Positions 13,591-25,639 of a DNA stretch of 64,000 nt are shown here, one piece after another. Origin of the DNA: Macrostomum lignano (Eukaryota). Numbering within the stretch: the stretch's first letter is position 1; the number at the start of each line of letters is the position of its first letter. Under the pieces are notes generated by a model, which saw only the letters and a program-made list of their open reading frames with translations, was not told where the DNA came from and did no database searches. The DNA lies in assembly GCA_002269645.1 (NCBI GenBank), contig NIVC01000111.1, positions 124,001-188,000 of the forward strand, in the 5' to 3' direction. The position numbers and the translations under genes were made by a program.

Positions 13591-16500
13591 CTTTGAGTTA
13601 GGCTAATAAAGAGGGGCCTAAGGCTGTGAGCTCCCGATGTAGACCAGAATATGCCTTGGCCATAGTGACAATATGCACTAAGAGTTTGTGCTTGAAAGGA
13701 TAAGCACTATTTGCTGATTGAGAAAGGGTTTTGGGTTGATAAGGAAACTTTTGGCTGATTAAAGTTTTGATTTATGGCAATTTGGTATCATTTTTAAGGC
13801 CCCCCCAGTGGGGGGCTACATGGCTAGTATGCTATACTTGTGGCAACATTAAGTGTTAAAATTTTGTCAATACCTCGTATAGGTTGCAAATGACAAAGTT
13901 ATTAATGTTTTACTTTAAATCAGGCGTGTTATACGTGGGCCACCCTCTCTTTAAAAAAGCTATGAGATTGATGCTATATAATTTGCACTGTTTCCCAATC
14001 AATAGATTTGTTATAAAGTGCCAAAATATAGCACCACTGGCGCCAAAATGAATGTTTAAAACACTTAAATGAGCACATGCAATGCCACAAAATGAGTGCC
14101 TATGGTGCAAAAAATAAGTGTCTGTAGCCTAGTGCAAATTTGAATGTTTGCGGACTTTTGTCAAGATGTTTTGAAACTGGCATTCCAATAAGTTTCTATT
14201 AAAAAATTCATTCGTAATTCATAAAACTGAAATGAACTGGGCCTACTTTTTGTTGTTCCCAAATGCATCCCTTGAACAACATAATACGAGTATAGCTAAT
14301 CCGATATATATTGAGGTTATAATTAAAAAAATCCATTTTGTCTATTAATTTTTTTTCTAATTTGATTTAACAATTATAGACTCATTCACTTAAACAAAAT
14401 TCATAAATCCATGACTACTATTGCGGGCCTATAAATATATTTTAATATTATAATCATGGACTTAAAGAATCGTAAGCATGAATTAATAAGCCAAAAATAA
14501 CAAACAGGGTTCAGTTTGAAATCATTTTTCGGTATTCTTGGCTGCTGCACACTTCATCATTTGTACTTTCTATTAGACTCAGATTATAATATTTGCCCTA
14601 ATTCAACCTACAACAAAACAAAATCAAGTAGGCCTACTAGGCCTAGGGCAAAAATTAATTATTAATATAAAAAGTGCAGGATTTAGAGACTTTTGAGCTT
14701 CAAATTGCAATTTTAAATAATTGATATTATGTAGGCCTACTAATATCATTTTCAAGTCTAGAGAATATCTACCTGTCCAAAATTCTAAACTCATCATAAA
14801 TGTAGTACTGCTGTATTAGGCCCTAGCTGTACTACTTGTGTGCTATAAGGTTCATTTTACCTGGGCATGGTTATGTCTCGATCAGGTAGTTTGTACATGT
14901 ATGACGACTATATGTATATGAGTTTGAGATTCTGTTCCCGATAGAATTTTCACAAAAATAAAGCTTTTACATTGCTAGGCCTAGGCCTACATGTAGCTTC
15001 TGGATTCTAGAACGTGCAGATTCAAAATTCCCAAGTTGCAACCAAAATTATTTAAGGCCTTGTAAATTTAAGTTCAATGTAACTTTGATTTTTGTTCTAT
15101 ATTTAATCTACGACTACATGTAATCAGAGATCAGTGAGACAGCTAGACAGACGACAAAAGAACTTCAATCTCCAAGGTCAAAGGTCAGGGCGGTTTTATT
15201 TTGAATTTGTCAATTGTGATTTTAGATTTTAACAACCTCAAATTAAATGCATTTCAAAGTTCAAAACCGCGCATGCATCCATCATAAGGAGAGGCAATTC
15301 TGAGAGGAACTGTGCATGCAATAGAGGGCAGATCGAGTGTTCACTGCTAGTTGAATATCCCAATCAATACATGCAAGTGCAGTTTCTTATTTTTACCATT
15401 TGCTAAAGAATTATGTACTCGTAGCTATACAATACAATAAAATATTTTGACTGCTCTGCAATTACCTGCCCAAGTGCTGTCACATGATTAATTTGGGGCT
15501 AAATGTGAATCCGCGGTTTGGGTCCATGCATGCTCGTCTGCTAAAAAGACCAACAGCGTTTTAAGAATGCTCGGACTGTGTGCTAAAATGGCTTATGGAG
15601 GTATAAATTTTTGAAATGCTCTGCAACCTCACTCTCACCTCAGTAAAAGCTATGGGGGGAGTATGCCAATGCTTTGTCCCCTCCCCCAAACCTTGTGAAT
15701 TATGAAATTATTGAATAATCAAAAAATTTTTCACCTCAAGGCGCCAAAATATAGAGAAGGGCGCTAAAATAGGGCGCCAAAATATAAATAATGCCTGCGG
15801 CGCCAAAAGAAAAGCCTGCGGCGCCAAAGGAAATACCTGCTGCGGCGCCAAAAAAGCCTGCGCGGCGCCAGAAGCTGTAATCTCACTCCCAGCTCTGCAA
15901 TCTCAAGTCAGCCCTACAATTGATAAGGACGCACTTTTTTCCAAATCCCGCGCTAGCACATGGGCTCTAAACTTACTAGCCTACTAACAGTGGGCAACAA
16001 TGGGCATTTTTATCATTTTTCTGCGAATTGTCATGGAATCTATACTAGATATAAGGTTTGATCATACTATAGTAGTCATAATAACATAGGCGCAGCTTTT
16101 TGGGTCATAAATCATCGCTTTCGAAGCTGGTCTGACAGCCACCTGCGCCTCACTCAGTGTTGAGGCGGGCGCCAGATGGTCTGAGGGGATGCGAATGATA
16201 GCTTTTTTCTCATCATTTTGACAGGCCATCAAGATTTATGAGGTCAGGGCCTATTGACCGGCCAGGAATTGACCGTCGTTTCTTGATCCACGGATTGCGA
16301 CCCCCCCCCCATCATCATCAAGGGCGAGTCCCCCCGGTCATCAGCAGTGAACATCAAAGTGAAGTGCATCACCTGCTAGCTATTAGCGAAGATTACGACA
16401 TCAGCATCATCCCGGGCCTACAGCTGCGAAGCACTAAGCCGATTCGGTCACTGTGGATTACCTGGTCTCCGGCTGTTGAGTTTCTGATTGGTTGGGTGAG

Positions 16501-17336
16501 AGGCTGCCTAGACTTGCTTGATTGGATGATTCCTTATCTGTCCCCTGTTTCAGTAGCTGGATTAGGCGCAAAATTTTGCTCATTTTATTCAGTAGTGCTG
16601 TTAATCGAGGCAGAAGTCATTCAATAATACTGCTAGTAGTCTAAACCCCAATTCAATCTGAAGTGTGAATTGTGATCTAAAGAGAAGGTTAAATCTAACA
16701 GTTATTTTTATCAATTCTATTTCTTTGTTCGCCGATGGCTCAGATAAATAGCTAAGCTAGTAGGCGCCGGTCACAGTGGACCAATGGCAAGGCAGTTCTC
16801 AGTCGATCAATCTACGAGCTATCAAATCGTTAGCGAAATTGCCAATAGTGCAGAATCGGCTCCAGAGATGTACTCTGTGCACTCTAGGTTAGCCAAGTGG
16901 CTCGGGTGATCAATCATGCGGTCTCTGAAGTTCGAGTTAGTCTATCATCAGCGCTAGGAGAGGCTAGTTGGCGCGTTGAAGGCCAAAAGTACAATTCTTC
17001 GTATTTAGCAATGTAATAGTACATGTATAGCTACCCCATAGACTCGCCACCGCAAGAATCCCCTGCACAAGTCCCCTCTGTACCTGCATGGCCAATGCGA
17101 TCGAGTCCCAGCATTGTCAAAAATCAGCCTTTAGGATAATGCAATCGTCTATGGTTAAACCATGAGCACATTTATTTATTTTTTTCACTTAAACTTCAGG
17201 ATAATGATTTCAAACTAGGGATAATGGACGCCTATTTTTAGAACAAAACAGCAAACACCAACAACAAAAGATTAGCGCTATGGAAAGTTAATTGTGCAAT
17301 ATCAATATGGCGCAATTGTCATAGTGCCGAAGACCA

Positions 17337-17790
17337 TTACAGATTGCAATTGTTGAAAGTGCAGTTGTTCATAATAAAGATATTCCGATCGTTCATCTGA
17401 CGACCATCAGACACGCTCACTGCTTCTTGCACGATGGAACTTTGGATGCTGATGTCAGCAGGCATTGTTACTTGACCGTGGGTCGCGGCGCTTTGTCCCA
17501 TGTTCAACGCACGCGACACTGCATCGCTGCATTGTTGCAGGGACTTGTCCCGTTTAACTGCCAGGTAGCGCCGGACCGTGCTCTCGGACTTTTGACCCGT
17601 GATAGCCATGATCTCGCTCATCGAATGCCCAGCCGATTCCAGGTCTCAAGAAAGTGCAAGAAGTTCAAAAAGTCTTCGTTATCCTTCATGTCCTTCTGAG
17701 ATGTGGAAAGTCTTGAGATCCAATTGAGTTCGCTGCTAGATACGTTGGCTAAACTTTCGACAGGCAGATTGCCCCAGTTGATCGGATATG
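17337..17790 (-). mobile_element. Decayed Crypton-type tyrosine recombinase C-terminal fragment (DUF3504/KCTD1-like)
   Basis: Minus strand, frameshifted: HLRRT ... NRLG ... EIMAITGQKSESTVRRYL ... FIMNNCTFNNCNL*. This matches the HxxR, IMxxTGHxS and catalytic-Tyr segments and the NCTF tail of Crypton-derived proteins; the His of TGH reads Gln. Confidence 0.68.
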
Positions 17791-18020
17791 ACGTCTGGTT
17801 CTCCATGGCCAAGCGAATGTAGCCATTTACGTTTTATTCTCTCTTTCTCTCCACATCTCCTTCCTTTCCACCCTCTTAACCCCCAGCCTGTTTGCAACTT
17901 CGTTGTCTATGGCCCAAACTCCAGTAAACCACCTCAGTCTTTATGTCTCTCTCTCCTCGGTAACCCCTCTCTCCTTTCAATGCCCTTTTTGTCTATGGCC
18001 CCACTGAAATTCGACAATGC

Positions 18021-18125
18021 GGTTATTCGTAAGTGAGACTTTAGGATAATAGTCCTATACTCACTCGTGCGCTGCGCGCACTCATTAGCCGGACTATTAT
18101 CCTAAGGTCTCACTTACGAATAACC
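18021..18125. repeat. Hairpin with 35-bp inverted arms and a GC-rich, self-complementary loop
   Basis: GGTTATTCGTAAGTGAGACTTTAGGATAATAGTCC (18021-18055) and GGACTATTATCCTAAGGTCTCACTTACGAATAACC (18091-18125), one mismatch. The loop contains GTGCGCTGCGCGCAC. Confidence 0.92.
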
Positions 18126-18971
18126 AACCAGTGTCCCTTATCATCGGCTATGACTTCGAGATTGACAGCAAAAAGACACTAGTTGGCAGCAGGTAAGTGC
18201 AAAGCCCCTTCTAGTCGGAAGCCCAATTTTGAGAGTCCCGGTGTGGTGAGCCAGGACGAACGGGCTGGTGGCAGCGAGTTAGCTAATCTGCGGATTAACT
18301 AATTTCTACCTTAAAAATTCTCCGTTTGTCTCTCGCTGTCCCTCTCTTAGCTATAGGACCTAGACTGCTCACCACAGATCACAGCTACCATGGGGCTGAC
18401 CATCTGACAGGAGTGGGGGGCCAGGACTCTAATTGATTTATTTCTAAGACCTGAGGCCCGAAGGCTTCCCCACAAGGGGGCCGAAAGGCCGAAACCCATC
18501 ACAATCTACAGTACGGAAATAGAGTAATAAAAATTCAAGTGAATCCTTCACACCGAAAAAGTTAGGCGTCTTAAATGACGTTAAGAATATAGACTTAAAG
18601 GTCAAGAGAGTCACTTATCAAGTTTTTTTTTCAAAACACTGAGCAATGCAAGATAGTGTAGTGTATGAGGTACACGCGAGGCGAATTATAAAGCTTTCTG
18701 GCTATAAGTAAAATGCTTGAAAAACATTCGAAATTTTTTGTTTGAAAAAAACCACATCCGGCCAAATTGACCTATGCGGCCATTTATTTGCAAAATTAAT
18801 TAGCTATATCAGCTCATTAATTAAAAATAGACCATTTCAAGGCTCTGTTGCACAGAGATAGCTAGAGGATACACGTATGCTGAGAATCAAGAGTATATAA
18901 AATGGCGAAGTTGAGCTGGCCCGTGCAGAATATTATAGAGGCTTTTAATTATATCCTCTACTTTGTTGGAA

Positions 18972-21900
18972 ATGCGACCCTTTCGTTTTATCGCGGCTAT
19001 CATTGTACTTCTATTAGTCAGCTGGGTTCCATCTGAGTCTGCATCCATTGATGAAGCGCACACAGCTGTTATCTCCCGACTCAGGCCGTACCAGGCCGAG
19101 TTCTCCATACCGGCTGAGCAGCTTCTCGATGCGGCCTTCAGACTCCGAGTCATGTCGCCGAATGCCTCAGCTGTCGCGCCAGTTCTGATTGGCCTGCAGC
19201 ACAGAGAGTCTGTCGAATCTTGGATAATTACAGCGCCATTGGCAACCGTTGCTAGGACGCTTTGCCCTCCAATGAGTTTGAGCAGAGAATTTGAGCTGGC
19301 GACAGACTGGGAGCTGCTGACGCTGACCATCGCCACCCAGTCTGCCCGGCCGGTGCTGGTTGAGTTCTCCGGCCAGCTGATGTCAGACTTCACCGTGACT
19401 CCGGGTTCCAGCGTCAGTTTCACCGTGGAATCGGCGGATTCTCCGCAACTGCTGGCGATTCGCGTGGCGTCAGGTCCAGCGGCGCTCCAAACAGCGTGGC
19501 GGCTGGCCTTCAGAGCGGCGCCGTCGATTCGCTGCGCTCTGGTACAGCTGCATCAGGCTCGATGTCCGCTGAGCGACCCGGGAAGCAGCGTCATCAGTGC
19601 GCAGACCCTGACAGGCAGCGGCTACCTTCTAGTCAGTGCAGCCGCCGCCACAATTCGAAGCGCAAATTCCACGCTATCGACATATTTCCTGACTGTCCGG
19701 ACTTTTCCTGACGGGGGCGGCCAATGCGGCATCTTGGACACCGGAATTAGCGATGTCGGCGGCGGCCAGACGAATTTCAGCCTGACTGTCCAGTCGCTGC
19801 CAGTTCACGCGGCCAGCCTGCCCGTGGCTCTGACAGCCGGCTGCCTCCTCCTGCTGCTCCTGCTGGCGCCCGTGTGCGCGCGCATCTGCTGGAAGGCGCC
19901 AGGCCCTGCGGCGGTTTCTGAGCGGAATAAGGCGGTAAATTCGCGGCTTCAATACTAAAGTAGATACAGAAAGGACAGTGTGTCATCTTCTTCATGGTAC
20001 ATGTGTTTCTTAGAGACTGTTAGGCCTACACGAAATCCGGCTCAACTGGTGCAAAGTTCATAAAATAAGTGACCTTTGTGCCAACATTGACACCTGTATA
20101 GGAAATCAGGACTTGTGCAGCGAAAGGTTTAGTGCAAACTCTTTGAAATTGAGTCCCATGTAGCTTTACAATCTCACTCCCAGCTTTACAATCTCACTCC
20201 CAGCTTTACAATCTCACTCTCAGCTTTACAATCTCACTCCCAGCTCTGCAATCTCACTCTCAGCTTTACAATCTCACTCTCAGCTCTGCAATCTCACTCT
20301 CAGCTCTGCAATCTCACTCCCAGCTCTGCAATCTCACTCTCAGCTCTGCAATCTCACTCCCAGCTCTGCAATCTCACTCCCAGCTCTGCAATCTCACTCC
20401 CAGCTCTGCAATCTCACTCCCAGCTCTGCAATCTCACTCCCAGCTCTGCAATCTCACTCCCAGCTCTGTAATCTCACTCCCAGCTCTGCAATCTTACTCC
20501 CAGCTCTGCAATCTCACTCTCAGCTTTACAATCTCACTCTCAGCTTTACAATCTCACTCCCAGCTCTGCAATCTCACTCCCAGCTCTGCAATCTCACTCC
20601 CAGCTCTGCAATCTCACTCCCAGCTCTGCAATCTCACTCCCAGCTCTGCAATCTCACTCCCAGATCTGCAATCTCACTCCCAGCTCTGCAATCTCACTCC
20701 CAGCTCTGCAATCTCACTCCCAGCTCTGCAATCTCACTCCCAGCTCTGCAATCTCACTCCCAGCTATACAATCTCACTCTCAGCTTTACAATCTCACTCC
20801 CAGCTCTGCAATCTCACTCCCAGCTCTGCAATCTCACTCCCAGCTTTACAATCTCACTCCCAGCTCTGCAATCTCACTCCCAGCTCTGCAATCTCACTCC
20901 CAGCTCTGCAATCTCCCAGCTCTGCAATCTCACTCCCAGCTCTGCAATCTCACTCCCAGCTCTGCAATCTCACTCCCAGCTCTGCAATCTCACTCCCAGC
21001 TCTGCAATCTCACTCCCAGCTCTGCAATCTCACTCCCAGCTCTGCAATCTCACTCCCAGCTTTACAATCTCACTCCCAGCTCTGCAATCTCACTCCCAGC
21101 TCTGCAATCTCACTCCCAGCTCTGCAATCTCACTCCCAGCTCTGCAATCTCACTCCCAGCTCTGCAATCTCACTTTCAGATCTGCAATCTCACCCTAGCT
21201 TGAATTCAAATGCATGCCTGCACTATAAAAATCATACCTTCAAGAGAACATCACCAGAAGCCAACTACGAACTCGGATCACCAGTACGCGACACGCCAGT
21301 GGACACAGTCGACCGGAGCCAGCTCTGCACCTGTCGGCCACTGCCGGACGGCGTTGTCAGCCTCGAAGACGTCATCAGCGACGCGGTGGACGCGGCAGAC
21401 GGCCGTCGGCAGACTCGGTACTGCGTCCACGCCGCGGTGGCAGCGGTCTTCTTCTGCCTGCCGGCTCTGCAGCTGGTGATGTCCAGCCAACGGCTGCTGC
21501 ACGAGTCCGGCGACCAGGACCTCTGCTACTACAACTTCGCCTGCCTGCTGCCTGTCACGGTGCTGGGCCACGTGATCTACGCCTCCAACAGCGTGTTCTC
21601 CAACATTGGCTACGCAATTCTTGGTGTCACTTTTCTAATTTGCACTCTGGTGCACCGGCGCTCGATGAAGGCGCGCCGGTTAGCGAGACGGCGACAATTA
21701 GCGGTTGACAGCGGCGGCAAGTTCGGCGTACCGCACAGCCACGGCCTGCACTTTGCCTCCGGACTGTGCATGTGCGTTGAGGGCTTGCTGTCGGCTGGCT
21801 ACCACCTGTGCCCCAGCGCCGCCAGCTTCCAATTCGACACCGCCTTCATGCTGGTGCTGGCGTCGCTGCTGGCGCTGCTGGCGCTGGCGAAACGGCGTCC

Positions 21901-22615
21901 CGGACTGCGGCCGCCGGCGCACTGGGGCTGCCTGACCATCGCCGGCCTGCTGCTGCTGAACTCGCTCGGCTCGTCCGTCAATTCTGAGTCAGCGATTCGA
22001 GCCGCGGTCTTCGCCGCCACCGGCATGCTGCTGCTAACGCCGCCAGTTGCCGTTGTGGCCGTCCGGTGCGCCCGGCTGCGCAGCTGCCGCGGCAGCGTTA
22101 GCCTAGCTGAAGTCGCCTACGGCTGCATCTGGCTCTCCGAGTCGGCAGCCGCCTTCGCCGCCGCCTACTTTGCTGGTCGAGGCTCCGCCCCGGTGATGTC
22201 GGCCTCCTACAGCCTGCTGCTGCTGGCCTGCCTGCTCACCAACACCGCCTGCTACTTGGCCTACTACCTGGCTAAGAAGCTGCAGTCCTGGGCTCGAACT
22301 CCGCGTTGCGAGGTGCACCGCTCGGTGGGATCAACCATCGCCGCAGCGTCGGCGTCGACTTTCTGCCTTACGGTGGCGCTGGCGGCCTGGGGCGTGGCGC
22401 TGTGGCAGTTCTCGCTGTCGCCGACAGACTGGAAGCTGTCGCCCGCGCAGTCCCGCTCGGCGCGCAACCGGCCCTGCGCGGCTCTGGGCTTCTTTGACGC
22501 GCACGATCTGTGACACTTTGCCAGCTCCGCGGCCATCTTCTTCAGCTTCCTGTTCCTGCTCACCCTGGACGATGATGTGGCCGATGTGCCGCGCTATAGG
22601 CTGGAGGCTTTCTGA
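18972..22615 (+). CDS. sid-1: SID-1 transmembrane family protein (SIDT1/SIDT2/CHUP-1-like), with an in-frame TGA at 22511-22513
   Basis: Exon 1 about 18972-19934: signal peptide MRPFRFIAAIIVLLLVSW, ectodomain, first TM, donor GTAAAT in phase 0. Exon 2 about 21245-22615 after TTCAAG (phase 0). Family motifs: QDLCYYNFAC, NSVFSNIGY, EGLLSAGYHLCP, FQFDTAFM, SPAQSR..NRPC..LGFFDAHDL*HF, LLTLDDD. About 777 aa if the TGA is read through. Splice junctions are inferred. Confidence 0.92.
20162..21200. repeat. Intronic minisatellite, 20-bp unit CAGCTCTGCAATCTCACTCC (~52 copies)
   Basis: Direct reading; variants CTTTACA/CTCTGCA. Lies inside the inferred SID-1 intron. Confidence 0.97.
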
Positions 22616-23455
22616 TTCGCTGATAATGTGAAGTGCATATATGGCGTTCTCCCAAGCATACTGTCAATATATAGCAAGGACCGGTTTTCACTGCCTTGAC
22701 AATAACTATAGCTACATATGCTGTACGTAATACGAGGTTTTATTTTTTAGCTCTTCCAAGAAGCATGTGGAAATCGTAATAAACTCGATTAAAGATTAGT
22801 TTGCCAATTTACTCTAGTCGTACACAATTGTAGCTTTGTGAAGTACAGCAATTATTTTACTTATTTTATATACATTACGTTGTGACGTAGACATCAAGAA
22901 AAAATTGGGATTAGGAGCTATTATATACTATGTATAGATGTAAAATGTAGTACATGTTTATAGCAGGAAGTTACATGTAGCTCCAGTATAATTTGTCATT
23001 TCAAGGGCTATAAAATAACTATGCAGAACAAATGCTTCGCGGTTCTTCTCAAAATGCATGGTTAAAATTATAGTTTTTAAGTCAAATGCAACGATCATAG
23101 GGCCGCGGTTTTTTGATCTCAACTTCCAAAAATATTGATCCAGTCGATCACGGAATATGCATGCGTTGTTTACGATCGGTCTCGCTGAAATAAAACTTAA
23201 ATGCATACCAAACTAAGACGCGCGAGCCTAAAACAGCTACATACATGCGCCCAAATGCAGTTAATACATGTAATTGTCTAGACTGCTAGCTGGGTTCGCC
23301 TTTCTGCATAATAAATCCAAAGTCTGGGCTTGCTTTCCAAAGTGCAGTCCATACTGTATACCATAGACAGTTAGCCAGCTTCTGTATTGTAAACAGACGG
23401 CCAATAGAAGACGAAGTACATTTTTCACCAATCACCACTATATATGGGGCGGTAT

Positions 23456-23680
23456 TACACCTTTTCACGTTCAATTTTGATCAAAGTCCAGTTCTAAAAA
23501 ACTATAGCGGAACTTCAATTCAGACTGAGGATATAATTTTGTCTATGGCTAAACCTTACTTCGGTTAGAATTTTTTGAACTGGGGTTAGACTGGGCCCCA
23601 GTCTAAATAATTGTCTGAATTGAATTTCCGCTAATTTTTTAGAACTGGACTTTGATCAAAATTGAACGTGAAAAGGTGTA
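23456..23680. mobile_element. MITE with ~69-bp TIRs and TA ends (Tc1/mariner-like)
   Basis: TACACCTTTTCACGTTCAATTTTGATCAAAGTCCAGTTCTAAAAA...TCAATTCAGAC pairs with GTCTGAATTGA...TTTTTAGAACTGGACTTTGATCAAAATTGAACGTGAAAAGGTGTA. Confidence 0.85.
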
Positions 23681-24203
23681 GTGGTGATAAAATGTTGTGC
23701 CATAGACATTTGTGTCATTGACAAAGTGGGACAGAATAATCGATCGGGCGTTAAATGTAAATTTGCACTAAAGTAAGTTTGACATAGACAATCGGGCGTT
23801 AAAATGTCATTAACTGCCCGCTAATTTTGATATTTCTTTCCTGCAAGCGGGCTTAATTGTAGTCTATGGTATTAAGGCAAGAATAAGTGCCCAGCGGGTG
23901 CCATGTTTTGGTCTTACACGCTGGGCATACATCACGTATGTGAGTGCCCACTACTACATTTTATATAAGCCCGCTTGCAGGACTTTTATACTTTAAACTT
24001 CTTTAATGCAAATTGTAGCAGCACCAAAGCATTCATCATTTATTCTAATTCTTTCTTATTCTACATTCCAATCGCTTTAGTTCACCGATAGACATTTCCG
24101 TACTACCTCGTTTGCCCCAGCGCTTAATAACCCCAACGCAATATAACAAATTGCGTTGTCATCTTTTCTTTTCTCTAATGCCGATTCCCATCTCTCATAT
24201 CTA

Positions 24204-24823
24204 TACTGTCCGTCAAAAGTTCCGGAACCCTTGCTACGATGTCTTCTAGCGGACATAATTTCAGTCCGTTTCAATTGTAACTTGATTCAAATGAAAGCTG
24301 CGGATCTCAGCTCCATGATGTGGTCAAGAAAAAGTTTATTCGAAGGAGCGCGTGTGAACAGGCCAGTGTTATGTACATAAAGGTTAGAAAAAAAAGTGAG
24401 GAAAAGACAAACAAGCAATTGTCTATGGTTGCTGAGTCTATGGAGCAAACACACATGGGAAGGAATCGGTTTGCGCGCAGTGTTCAGCCTGGCCAACATT
24501 AGTCTATGGCCAAAACTTGTGTTGAAATCAACAGGCTCTTATGGATTCTTGTGCAGTCAGCTTTCATGGGAGAGTAAAAAACAGGGTCTACGTCAACAAG
24601 CCAGCTTAGCTTGTTTGTCTTTTCCTCACTTTTTTTTCTCTAACCTTTATGTACATAACACTGGCCTGTTCACACGCGCTCCTTCGAATAAACTTTTTCT
24701 TGACCACATCATGGAGCTGAGATCCGCAGCTTTCATTTGAATCAAGTTACAATTGAAACGGACTGAAATTATGTCCGCTAGAAGACATCGTAGCAAGGGT
24801 TCCGGAACTTTTGACGGACAGTA
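24204..24823. mobile_element. Foldback/MITE with ~213-bp inverted arms and TA ends (Tc1/mariner-like)
   Basis: 24204-24416 (TACTGTCCGTCAAAAGTTCCGGAACC...) is the reverse complement of 24609-24823 (...GGTTCCGGAACTTTTGACGGACAGTA). This explains the mirrored ORFs 24156+ and 24647-. Confidence 0.9.
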
Positions 24824-25639
24824 TATGATCACGATCCCTCCTTTCCACTCTCAGCAGACCTAGCCATTAAGCTGGATTTTTTCTAGCAGTAGAGGCAAAA
24901 TTGTTTCCAAGCCTCAGCTGGCGTACACTTCGAGCCACATGTAGAGACTCAGAGAGTAAGAGACCAGTCTGTTTCGGAAACTTTGATCTTACACGCACTG
25001 TAAAATGTTAATTTCCCACCCTGAAATCTGTTGGGTAACTTTTGTCATACTGTAGGAGTGTAGTTCGCACTGTAAATGTGTGTCACCTTGTTTCTGACAA
25101 CCCACATCATAACACATTTACAACTTTCCAACTTACCATGCAATAAAAACTGCATAATCGCACATTTAGTGCGTCAAAATTAAGGTTTGCATGTACTGTA
25201 TAACTTCATGTAGCTTACATATGTGCACCTCCAGCAGCACCGTGTTTTGAATTACGTTTCCGAAGCAGACGCGTGAAGGTCAAAGTGTTGCGCGCGCGCG
25301 CGCAAGCAAAGCGTGCAGCAGTGCTAAAAATATCTTTTGTCCCGCAGGCCTTCGTGCAATAAGAATAAAGTTCGTACCTACTACGTAAATGCCAAAGCCA
25401 GCCAGCCCATGCAGTGAGGCTAAAGTTCAACCTTGCACTGACACTCGACAGTGCAAGACAAAAATATTTCCGACTGGCTGAGTCACGGCTTGGGCTTTAC
25501 AGAAAAAGAAATCAGGTATATAAGTTTCAGAAGTTTCAGGAAAATAACAGAGATAAAGTTGATAAGATTAAATGAAGGGATGAAAAGGGACATGTGTGAA
25601 AACAAAGTAGATGAGAGATTTAATGCGGGTGGATAGCAT

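Noticed and set aside
16238-16627. 129-aa ATG-initiated ORF
   Set aside because: No domain similarity, splice context or coding-like composition.
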